Assembly (NCBI RefSeq): GCF_964355755.1
Contig: NC_092672.1
Span: 6,944,001 to 7,008,000 of the forward strand
Source: Antedon mediterranea
Taxonomy: Eukaryota; Animalia; Echinodermata
DNA length: 64,000 nt
Direction of reading: 5' to 3'
Part shown: positions 1 to 11,561 of the stretch, in pieces
Layout of the letters: every line of letters begins with the position of its first letter
Numbering within the stretch: position 1 is the stretch's first letter
Translations under genes and position numbers: made by a program
Notes under the pieces: generated by a model
Databases searched by the model: none
What the model was told of the DNA's origin: nothing
The model's input: the letters and a program-made list of their open reading frames with translations, nothing else

Positions 1-1125
1 TTTAAAAGTATAAAATATACACCTTCTTCATTGCTTTTACTTTTTTTTTGCTTGTTTTGCTTCCACTGAAATTGCTTTCCCGCGATTTTCCACTTTTATT
101 GAACCCCTCCCAACAAACGTGCTCATCAAGAGAAGCATTATTTCGCAATCTGCATTACAACACCGTTGAGACGCGCCCCTCTGGGCCGTTCAATCAATAA
201 TTCAAGGTCCATCATTGGTATGACATATTTTGATTGTGAACCAATATGGATTGTATTGATAATTTTCAATTCCAACGTATTATGGTGCCCAACTGCGGCA
301 TGATTGTGTTACTATATAACTGTATTTATGATTGACAATTCTAGGCAAATATATTCAAAAAGTTTGCTTTAAGGTGTCTACGTAATCTCTAGTTCAGTTA
401 CTTAGAAAACCAAACAGTGCAATCAGTTTCCTTATACTAGATAGAATTGAAACTCAATCGGATTTGAACAACATAAAAAATCACTTGCTTATATAGGTCA
501 TCTACATAAGTAAAATATCAGAATGCTAAGGCTGTCATACATTTTTTCGTTTACACATGACTTTATAGACTTGATAAGTGATAATTATTATTAGGCATAT
601 TATCAGTTTAATAAATACCAGTGTTTAAATGTTTCTGCACCAGAAAATAATGTATGCGTCTCTCAAATACCCGTTCAATTTGTCTTTCTTGTCGTCTTTA
701 AGTAAAAACCAATCTCCTCTTGGCAATATGGGGTACTTTAGTTTGTAAGTATAAATTCTTTTTTTTAAACTGACACCATTTAATATTAATTATGATTGGT
801 CAATTATAGTTAATCAATGAATTAAATAATTACGATTGAATTTTAAAATTGGTTATATAGGCCTATAATGGAAATCATGCAATTGCTTGTTTATACAGTT
901 GAGCCTATTAGCATTCCTCGTGGGTATTTACCTGGATTTAAAACACATAATTTTATTTAAATAAATATAAATACAATACAATTTAGCTACGGAGTTTGAT
1001 TTACATATTTATCATAGAAAATAAAATACAACAATTTTAATTATACAGTACAAAAATGTAGCTGTTGTTTTGACTAAGTAAATAACTGAAGAAAATAGAA
1101 ATACAAAATAATAAACATCTTAAGC

Positions 1126-4100
1126 TTATATAAATATTCCATTAAATACACCAACAGTAACAATTGACACGCAACACATGACTCCGTCAAGAAAACCATT
1201 CAATCCACGACCTTCCCACTCTTTTCTTTCGTTTGTGAAATTATGCTCCGCAAAAACACGTGTTTTTATTCCATCTAAGATGAGACACACCGTGCTTAAC
1301 CCGATGACTGCTAAAAAATACTTTCCTGTATAACAAGAAAAATACATTATTAGAAATGATGATTACAATTAAGGTGGTCATTTATTTATAATCTATAAAT
1401 TTGAGTACATAAATAAAATAATAATAAACTACCTATTTCAGGAATGTTGTCTCCAACTGGAGGTAGAGACAAGACGATTAACTGACTGAAGACAATCTGC
1501 GCAAGTAACACGGTTATTCCATAAGACACTCTTTCTCCAGATTCGTACGGTATGAGAAACATTACACTCATGAGAAATGAGCAAAAATAATATGGAATAA
1601 GATAAAAATGTTTTTGAAATTCGTTCCTTCGTTGTAAAGTGATCGAATATTGTAATGATGCATATGTACTAGACGAATAACGATGCACAGTTCCATTTCC
1701 TTGAACACCGTTTTCAGGCAACTTCCAAATTTCATTCTCAACAAATTCATTCTTTTGATCAACATCAGTTGGAATCGGAATAAAGACAAGTTTGCTGACA
1801 TCATAAGTCCAAGAGATAAATTCCAATACACACGTTTGACGGTCATTAGGATAATTCGTGATATCAATATGACAAAATGTTTGAAGTATAGCTACACTGG
1901 AAAGCCTCGCGCTGCCGTTGTAACATACTTTTACAGGAACACTTTGCATAAAATACGTGTGATCTTTATCTATACTGATTTATTAAAAAAAAAAATATTA
2001 CAATGTTTATTTGATCATAATTAATACTTTTATTTTGACTATGATATTTTGTTTTCCTTTATTTTTAACTGTATAATGTAGTATTGTAATAACACTATAA
2101 TCTAATGTTAATAGATTAATTACCACTAGTATAGAAAAAAACGAAACGTAACCATAATATTCTAAAATATATATTTTCGTCCCCAAAAACGTTCCCTATT
2201 GAGTGAAAAAATATTAAATTACATACTTGTGTAGTAGTACAATATCGGGTACCCAAATTGTATCCTGTGGTACTTTTAGACATTCAACGCCCGTTTCAGC
2301 TAGGTTCCATGAGATAAATTCGTCTTGCCACTCCTATGTTTGCAGAAACAAATTACTATGGGTATTACTTTGTATTATTTAGGATATGCATAGTATTATG
2401 GAACATATCATGATGCTTGAAAACAACATATATGTGATTTCTGCAACGATAAAACCAACAAAAACGAAAAAACTTACCATAGTAATCCAGCCCGACAGTT
2501 CAAGGATTTGCTTTACATCGTCCTACAATAAATACACATTAACAAGAATATATATATTATATAAAAACAAGGCCATACAGATGGCTGCAGTCTCGTGCTC
2601 ATTAGTGTTTACCGACCGACCGACCAACCTACCATCTGACCGAAATTACTGAACATGTTTAAAAATGTTGAAATGTTTTAAAACATTTATATTTTTTTAA
2701 TTTACACGTGCGTAGCCTGTCACTTTTGACGTGCTCGTATAACGTAATTTCGAGTTGAAAAGTAAGTCAAGAAAACAGAAATCGGGCAAAAAGAGTGCGC
2801 AATAACATTTAACGCGCAGTGCGCGCGCAAAAATCTGCGCACTCATGGCAATTTTGTAAACGCTTAAAATTGCCTGAAACGTACTCTTATTTCATCGAAA
2901 ATAAATTGTGAAAATTCTAAGCGCGCGTACGCATTCGTTACATGCGCTACGCACGTAATTGTATTGCCATATGATGAGTTATGCCCTGAAATTTATGAGT
3001 ACCAAATTTTATTTAATTGTGATTTATGGTTGTGAAGATATGATTACAAACGTGATTTCGTTAAATCGTGCGTAGACCGCGTAATTTTTTATTGCGCACC
3101 GTGAAAACATAACCACATCGATTCCTGGCCATAAGGAATATACTGTGAAAAATTGACTTAGCTAGATTAAACTGATATCAAGATAAGGTCAGAAAGCGAT
3201 AAAACGCATAGTGATACCGGACCGACAGACAGACCGACAGACCGACCGACATAGTGAACTATAGAGTCGCGTCCACGCGACTAAAAATGAGAAAAATATA
3301 CTCATGTAAATATCGTACATGTTTAGGCTACTGAATTTAGCTTATGATTGGGACAAAATTGTAGGCAAATATTTTTCAGTTTTAAATTAATGTATATGTT
3401 GTCCTGATCAAGTACAACACATCAACCCTCCGTCATCCACCGCCTTCATATGCAAATGAGCATAAATATGCAAATTAGCTATAAAATCCATATTTTCACG
3501 ATATCTTCTAAACTAAAAATCCATTTATTACAATGTTTGTGGCAAACCCTATTCTTTCAACCCAATGAACACATTGAATGCATTTCCAGCGATCACACAC
3601 CATGTATAACAGGTTCCACTCTTAAAGTAATAATCCATTTATTACAATAGTTGTGAAAACCCTATGTTTTCATACCCAATGAACACATTGCAAGCATTTC
3701 CAGCGATCACATACCATGTATAACAGGTTCCACACTTAAAGTAATAATCCATTTATTACAATAGTTGTGACAAACCCTATGTTTTCATACCCAATGAACA
3801 CATTGAAAGCATTATCAGCCAGGTGAAAGGCAATTTAAGTCACAGTGGAGTGATTTTTGTTTAAACAAGAAATTATCAATAGATTCTAGATAATATCGAA
3901 TAATTGTCATAAAATGGGAGCATAACGGGTTGTCTACAGACCGTTAAACCATTACTGTTGAGTTAATTGAATTGAAGCATATGTCTACTTTCCTTCGGTT
4001 TTGTAATGCCGGCTCGTTCCATTTATATCACAACTCTAATTGTTTCTTTTAAATACAAATGTCACACTATAAAAATACTCCGGTGTTATCAGACTAGAAC

Positions 4101-4864
4101 GTATCTTATTATGTTTTATGAACTTATTTTGATCAGGCAATTCACTTTACAACAACAGTTGAATAGTGAGGATTAATAGATAATAATTTTGAAAAGCAAA
4201 CTTAAAGACTGCTTTCATAAATCATGTCGAAATAATTAACCGAAGAAAATAGGCGACAACGAAATTATAGTACGTTACCAAACAATGATTGAATTAAAAA
4301 TCGAAAGAAGTCACATGCTCGAAACGATTTGGAACAAAACAATATATCTGAATGAAAATAGTTGCTACATTGAAACTTTACAAAAGTTGTGCTAATTAGT
4401 TTGTGTTATTGCTTACACTTTTAAGAGTTTTCTGTAATTAAAAAATGGAAATCTACCCTACATTTGAACAATTGATTTACCATAACTAGGCCTATACTGT
4501 TTATATCAAAACTATATTCTGTCGTTGTTATTAAACATTCTAGTAAAAACATATTGAATTGCGCAAAAGCTAATACTAAATTATTTCTTAAAAATAATCT
4601 TATTTATCAATGTAAGAAAATTTCTGTAAAATGTAAGCATCAAGAATTACAAATTAAAAAAAACTTTGTGTGTTTTTTGTATGTACTTACCAGTTGAATG
4701 ACTTGTGTCAATACAAACGTAGAGTCTATCATAGTGGTAGTATTCTCGTTTGCTACTGGGCGGGTTGTTCGAGCTTTAGGGTACGAGTCAACAAGCTCTT
4801 CCAACAGCATTGCCTTTATACTCGGATTCACGTCCATGTGCATCGTCTCGCCATTTACTATCAT
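1126..4864 (-). CDS. Cys-loop ligand-gated ion channel subunit, nAChR-like, non-alpha (spliced; 5' end unresolved)
   Basis: In-phase GT-AG exons 4691-~4864 (TTRPVANENTTT), 2478-2522 (45 nt, DDVKQILELSGWITM), 2227-2333 (EWQDEFISWN..IWVPDIVLLHN), 1433-1974 (Cys-loop C-x13-C CHIDITNYPNDRQTC, SWTY, M1, M2 GERVSYGITVLL) and 1126-1325 (M3, M4, stop). An in-frame TAA just upstream of 4864 leaves the signal peptide and start uncertain. Confidence 0.88.
2566..3287. mobile_element. Non-autonomous Helentron/HINE-like element
   Basis: Begins AACAAGGCC, contains (GACC/GACA)n microsatellites, and ends in the hairpin AGTCGCGT-cc-ACGCGACT plus an A-run. Related copies at ~23145-23222 and, inverted, at ~50016-50113. 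Confidence 0.55.
3517..3815. repeat. ~113-bp tandem repeat, about 2.7 copies (intronic)
   Basis: AATCCATTTATTACAAT...CCCAATGAACACATTG recurs at ~3518, ~3632 and ~3745. Confidence 0.85.
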
Positions 4865-7800
4865 TATTAAGACACATTATTTCAAGATTAAAAAACATTG
4901 CCAACAAAAATGATGTCAGTAAAAATCTAAGTTAGAACAAAAAAATATGTTCGGAGTTTGTGGATTCGTTAATCTAAACTTTAAACATCGTAAATATACA
5001 GTACCAGCTGTTAATGATGGAAAGCATACTAAAATAACAAAATATAGTTGTTTATTATTATAATGTGTGATATGTTAAGGTATGATATTGATCAAAGACA
5101 AAAAAACATTTATTTAGATTAGTCGTATGGCCAATTGTAAAACCTATTACTAACTGTATTGTAAATAACTACCGTATTAAACGTATAATGCAGTAAACTA
5201 ACATTGGTATAATATACGGTTTTAAAAACTTACTAGTATTTTGTAAAAGTGCCACTATAAGTAGAAACGGTATGACTGTTTGCAAAGACGTCACAATCAG
5301 TCTATGAAACATGGTTTTTTGGTTAGGTGTTTTTTCCGAAACTTCTCAATGAATAAGGTCTAAAAATGAAGATTTACACACCAAAAAAAAGAGTTGATTA
5401 TTAACCCTAGGCCTACTATATAATAGGGGGCTTGACTAACTCAGAGTAACAATCTAGCTTTTAATTTGACTACCAACAACAAGAAATTAGGCTTAACATT
5501 ACTACTGTATACCTGTGTTAAATTAAATCTAATGAACCTAAATAATGAATGCTGCTCCAAACTGTTACGTCTAAACAGGCAATATCTGTATAATAAATAA
5601 AGTGATTATGAATCTATAAACGAATATATATTTCATAAGAATAAAATGTAGTCGACAATCAGATAAATCTACAACACCATTATCTCAATGAAGTATTGCA
5701 ATTCGACATGTATGTTTTAAAAATGAAACTTAACCCGTAGGAAGCTTATGATGTTTACGATACAGAAAATACAGAACAATTTTAGGCCTAACTAAATACT
5801 AGATAGATTATTTAAAGTATGTGTAACGTTTATTGAATTACTATGGTACATTCAATTACAATATAACCGTTTAACCGTTAAATTAGGTCAAAAAACGTAG
5901 TAGTTTTTTGCTTTAAATCAGTTGTTTCAGGTAAATAATAATAAGTGAATAGGCCTAACTATAATGTGATATTAAAATGACATGTTAAAATCATTTTTTT
6001 CTATTATATCTTTCTCATTAAATAACATTTTGTTCTCTCGAAATATGATGTTGTTTCCGGAAATGCGTCTGATAAAGTCTTATTTTTGCCGTATAAATTT
6101 TAGTTTAATAACATGGTAGTTCAAAACATGACTTTCACAACAACATAACAAATTAGCAAATCTTATTACCTTGTAAATAGGGTGAATATAATTGTCCTGA
6201 TAGGTAAACAATTAATAAATGAATGTTCTACTTACTAAAATAAAAACAGGTTTTTAATCTGGATTGCTACACTGTTTATAAAAAATGATAATTACTAGTT
6301 TATGTAAGGTAAAATCAAACCGAATGATAAGGTGAATGCTTACCAAAAGTTCCAGTTCCTGTTGAGTTCCCACGCTCCTGTGGCGTATTAACCGCAATTC
6401 TATGATTCCAATCGGACCATAGCATGTAAAGAAAATATGTCGAATAATAGATTATTATTGGAATTTTCCATAATACACTTATGTTTTATTCTAAATTAGC
6501 AGACCGAAAATACACAATAGTGATTTACAACATTTTCAATACAGGCCTATCATGCTAGTCTGTTTATAGATTATTGTGTTAGAATCCAGGTGAACTATAC
6601 ACACAGGAAGCCTCTTTTTGTATAATTTGAATAAACCAGTTCATGCTATTTTTTGTTGTTGCTATTTCAAAGATCACTGTATAGTTATGACCAGGTCGTA
6701 ACAAATGTATAAGCTGTAAATTTAGTATTTATTGAGAAAAAAAATGTAAACTAAATTTGAACTCTCACTTTGACGAGTTCGGGTTATCCGCGAAAATGCA
6801 CATACGTTAAACTATTATGAACGTCGACATTTATTATGCCATCCTATGACATGAATTAAATATGTTTACAGTGCTGAATTGTACCTATATACTGTAATGA
6901 TGAAAATAAGTGACCCAAGTAATTCACGCTTTTGAACATGATGCTGTCATCAACATTTTAAAAATGGTAAATCATGCGAAAGATAATTGATTGACATAGA
7001 CAATATCAAAATATGGGGGGAAAATGTAAAACGAATAAGTGGAGATGCGCTCTATTATTATTAAATGTGATGAACTATGACGAAAGAGAAAAAATCCTAT
7101 ATTTTATATTCGAGTGGCCATACGATGACGTCACAATGTCCGCTATATAAATCCAGGATATTATTATTATTATTATTATATTGATGCATGATCCGATATC
7201 TACAACTCATCTACTTCCAGAATATGTAATAAAAATAAACTTCACCATGTAGTTTAGAAACTATGACTGTTTAAAAAAAGGCATAATTTTGACGAATTTT
7301 TGTACTTTTTCATAAAAAACGCGCGAAGTGCTCGTATGACGTGATTTTAAGTCGAAATTGTTTAAAAGTTGGTAAAATTACTATAAAAGGCTGGAAAAAC
7401 ATAATTCACGCGAAAAAAGATGTTAATAACTGTATGTAAACATATAAAGTTGAACCTTTCATGAAGACACAAAACCTTTAAAATATCAAACAGTTATTTA
7501 TTATTATACAGGTATTTTAATGTTTTAATTCATTTACGTGAATTACTATAACTATACTAAACGTGTGACATGCTAATACAAAAATAATGACTAATATCGC
7601 GATAAGTAATACACAAAGTGTTTGACACACTATACCATTTCTAAAAAGAATGAAACTATCATTATTCACCGTGCATCAAATTCATTATGCATATTAAATT
7701 CTTTAAGTGTCTTAATGAATTTCTTGAACTTTTCTCCTGCTTTGAGCAAGCCTTTTTTTTTTACCCGATTCTATGGCTGTCATCAGACTCAGTATTGTAG

Positions 7801-7942
7801 ACTGTAGTCAGTCTACCAGACACCTATCTAACTGTATTTAATAGTACTTTTAATACACGATATCTCTGTCATTAGGTTCCTATCTAGAGACAATGTGTAA
7901 CGTAAAATGTGTATTTAATACTAAATCCAGAATAGTAGCAGG

Positions 7943-8326
7943 CAGAGCCATATATAGAGAGAGTTACGGCATTGCGTTCACAGATTTTAGAAAGTCACGT
8001 GGTGTGCACGCCGGCCATGTTTGTGTCCAACTATGCCTATGTAGCGTATGGAGTCGAGTCATTTGCTTAAAAAATGTATAACATTCACAAGGATTAATTA
8101 TCAAAACAATCAATTTGTTTAAAGGTTTTTGTTAAGATAATAACGAAATTTTAACAAAAACCTTTAAACAAATTGATTGTTTTGATATTAAATTCGATAA
8201 TTAAAGCCTTTTGAACGTTATACATTTTCAAAACAAAAGACTCAACTCCATACGCTACATAGGAAAGTTGGACACAAACACGGCTTCTATTCCATTCAAT
8301 GTCGAAACTCTCTGTATATGGCTCTG
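7943..8326. repeat. Long imperfect inverted repeat (foldback), ~190-bp arms, ~15-bp loop
   Basis: Left arm CAGAGCCATATA..TGTTTGTGTCCAACT..CCTATGTAGCGTATGGAGT..ATCAAAACAATCAATTTGTTTAAAGGTTTTTGTTAA is mirrored as reverse complement in 8150-8326. Confidence 0.85.
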
Positions 8327-8477
8327 GTAGCAGGTGTATCGTACTGTCATCATGCAAGAATGGATAGGTGTTTTCCGCCGCTATTAGGCCTTCTAGTCAA
8401 TTATTATTATTGATTATACGAATTGTTCAATCTAATTTTCGATATGATTTTGAAAGAATATCTGTAAACTATGAAGA

Positions 8478-11382
8478 TTATGATTTAGAATTTCTTTTTC
8501 TTGGTCTTCGATAGATCGTCTCTGTTTTACCCTCATTTTTGGCGGACAGTCGTGCAATTGTGAATAAATAGTCACTAAGTCTGAAAAAAAAAGAAGAAAA
8601 TATTCTTAATTACATTATAAACCGCCCACCAATTATTATACTAAGTGCCAATTAAAAATTCAAATATTATATATGTATATACATATAAATCGAAAGGCAA
8701 ATTACTGAAAAAATTACAATGCTATGGGTATCAGAGGCTGGATCTCAATGGAGATAATAAAATAAGCAAAAACCTGAATCAAAATGATAAAAAGCCAGAC
8801 AAAATAGCAGAGCCCTTGGGCAAAACTAGCCCTTCATATATATAACTGGACCATCCTGGTAAAATGATAAAGAATAATTTGAAATTGAAAATGGTGAGAG
8901 GGTATTTTTTAATGTTTTATAATTCCAATGTTGTAAATTTTAAACTAATATTTTTACCTGTTCAGATATCGTCCTACTGTGTCATCTACATTTCCTTCTC
9001 TTACCAATGGCACAATGCTGGATGAAGAAAAAGGTAAATCTACTGATTGTATATTTATAAAAAATATATAATACTGTATGCAGAGAATAAGGTTTTCACA
9101 GACAGAGACCAATCAAAATATTGACCTTTTTCTGCTATAAATCAGATTCTATAGGAATACCACATTTAATAACCAGTCATTTTTATTTCAGATAATTATC
9201 TATCTACTGTCTAGTATGTTTTCATCCATTCTCTCCAATAATTTATTTGTTCTCATTCATAAAAAGTAAAAGGCAGTATACAAATAATACCTGCGTTCGG
9301 CTCGTCTGCAAATGGAGCGTGCAATGTGTAAAGACGAGCTCGTCTTACCGCCGGACTAAAAAAAAGCACAATTTAAGAATAGAAAAATAAAATATTGTAT
9401 GTTTGTATCTATTTTATCAGGCAAAGACATTAAAAGACATAAATATCAGTTAAACTCTCCTATTAAATCAGTATTACTAAGTACAATATATTTTACAAGG
9501 AGGTCACTTTTATATTACACTTACAGGTAAAATAAAGTTTTTTAATGGTGGTAGGTTTGCAGTATGGCTGTCAATCCATTCTTCTAACAGTTCAACTCTG
9601 GAGTCTTCGAATTCTGTACTTTCTAAAAATGAAGAGGTACAGCAAGTGAATTTTAAGTGCTGCATTCAAATAAGTTTGAACAATATACGCAACGAGTTAA
9701 GCATGTTTTTTTGCTAACAAAATTCGAACCTAGCTGTGCTGAACTTTCCTGCAGATCTAACAGTATCAGTAATATTAAATGTTGTATATAGTAATGGCAA
9801 TAGTATTTATGTATTGAAACTAGCAATGACTTACTTAATTGATTATCAGTGGCTAGTTGCCTGGGAGCGGCGATGTTTGAACCTATATCTTGCAGAGCAC
9901 ATTGAATCTACAACATAATATACAGGCATTAGTTCATGAACACATTGTAGCTAGTTACCCGATTCTCAGTGCTTATACTGTATCTGCACATAGAACAATA
10001 TTTGCCCAGTATCATAGAAATATTTGGTAATACAGCATACATTTGTATCACATGTGATGCCTGTATCATGTAAAGTTAGGTTAGGGTTTCGCTTATGGTC
10101 TATGATATTAGGCAATCTTTAAGAAGAAATTCTATTGTTATTTCATTATGATAATGGACAAATAAAGCTTTTCAGTATTCAGTATGTGAAACAATACAGA
10201 ATTTCCTATTTTATGGGAGAAAAGTAGATATACAGTACTGACAATTGGGTGGTGTAGTAGACATAGTATAGGAATACATAGGCATAGTGTATCACAATGT
10301 AGTAAGTATTGCATTTAGTATGAACTATGATGTATGTCATAAATATCTTATTGGAATGAAATAATTTCCTCATTGAAAATCACTCACTGTTTTTTTATTT
10401 TACAAAATGGTATTCAGGTATAAAAAATAAAACAAAATATAGCCTACCTCTTCCAACTGGTTTAAAAAACTATGTTGATTGTCTTCTGCAAATTCTTTGG
10501 CTAATCTGTATAAATTAAAGCACAGCGATTAATAGAAATACACATGAAAAGTTTATTCATAAGAAACACTAAGTTTAAACTTGGGTCAAAGGTCAGTCGC
10601 AAATTCTGCTTTTAAGTTTTCTTTATATTAATAACAGAAGGGCCAAGTAGAGCCAACCCATCGGAATAATAAGGTTTATGTTACTGATATAAAAGAAAAG
10701 ATTTTCTATGTACAATTTGTATATATATATAGTTTGTAATTAGATCAACCTTTAAAAATAAAAAGAAAAACATTCTGTATACCCAATTGCTGATGATAAC
10801 TCATCCGTAGTACCAAGTGCATTGAATATGTCATCATCTTTTGGTCTGCGATCACCTAATAGAGTGGCGGAGGTGCCTGTAATATATTGAAAAACGAAAA
10901 CATTATTTTCTCACTTTTTACAATGCTTTTGTATTTGATGAATAGAGCAGTTCAGAATTTTTAATTGGATTATTTTTATCATACCTTTGTCACCAGTTTT
11001 TGTGTATATTTTGAAGCTTTGGGAATCTGTGCTGAAAAAATTAAAATTCCTATTAAAAACAAAATCATTAAAATGCAATTACAGCTCTTCAGGGCAGTTC
11101 TAGTACATTTTAGCGTGCCAATCGAGACGAATCTCAACACGACAATTAAATCAGAATCACTCTCTATAAATTACTGGCCTGCGCAATGCTGGTTGGGCTC
11201 ACTGAACCGGTTCCAGGACGATTCGGCCCTGTTAGTAAGTAGTAAGTAGGCCTAGGCCTACCTAGCCTAGTTAGCCCTCTTGTGCCTATATGCAATTACC
11301 TGTTAAATTTATGTGTACATCTTATAGATACACATGTATATAATCTATAAGTTGTTGTGAAAGATATTCTTTTTAGAGACAT
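8478..11382 (-). CDS. MMAB: Mitochondrial cob(I)alamin adenosyltransferase (PduO-type), 9 exons, ~232 aa
   Basis: Exons 11300-11382, 10985-11049, 10783-10876, 10448-10505, 9835-9907, 9525-9622, 9291-9355, 8958-9017 and 8478-8580, all GT-AG and in phase. Hallmark motifs [53 protein letters not shown] and [14 protein letters not shown]. The N-terminus is rich in R/K/S/T, like a transit peptide. Confidence 0.95.
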
Positions 11383-11561
11383 TATAAGCCAAAAAATTAA
11401 TAATTGATATTATAGGGGAGACTCTCAGGTCAGCAGGTACGTGTATAATTATAAACATAACAAACTACAACGCCCTCTAGGCAACAAACACATAACATGT
11501 GTGGACGACGTGAAAAAAAAAACAACAAAACGATGATGAGCGGCAATGTTTAAAAATAAAA
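11383..11561. promoter_or_regulatory. Putative bidirectional promoter shared by MMAB and RAD51D
   Basis: Only 179 bp separate the two divergent ATGs (11382 minus, 11562 plus). Confidence 0.6.

Noticed and set aside
20-215. Possible minus-strand exon at the window start
   Set aside because: Stops in the frames checked and no recognisable motif; cannot be supported.
8151-8357. ORF beginning MHDDST, the same peptide as in RAD51D exon 6
   Set aside because: Codons differ, there is no further similarity, and the ORF lies in the foldback arm; coincidence.
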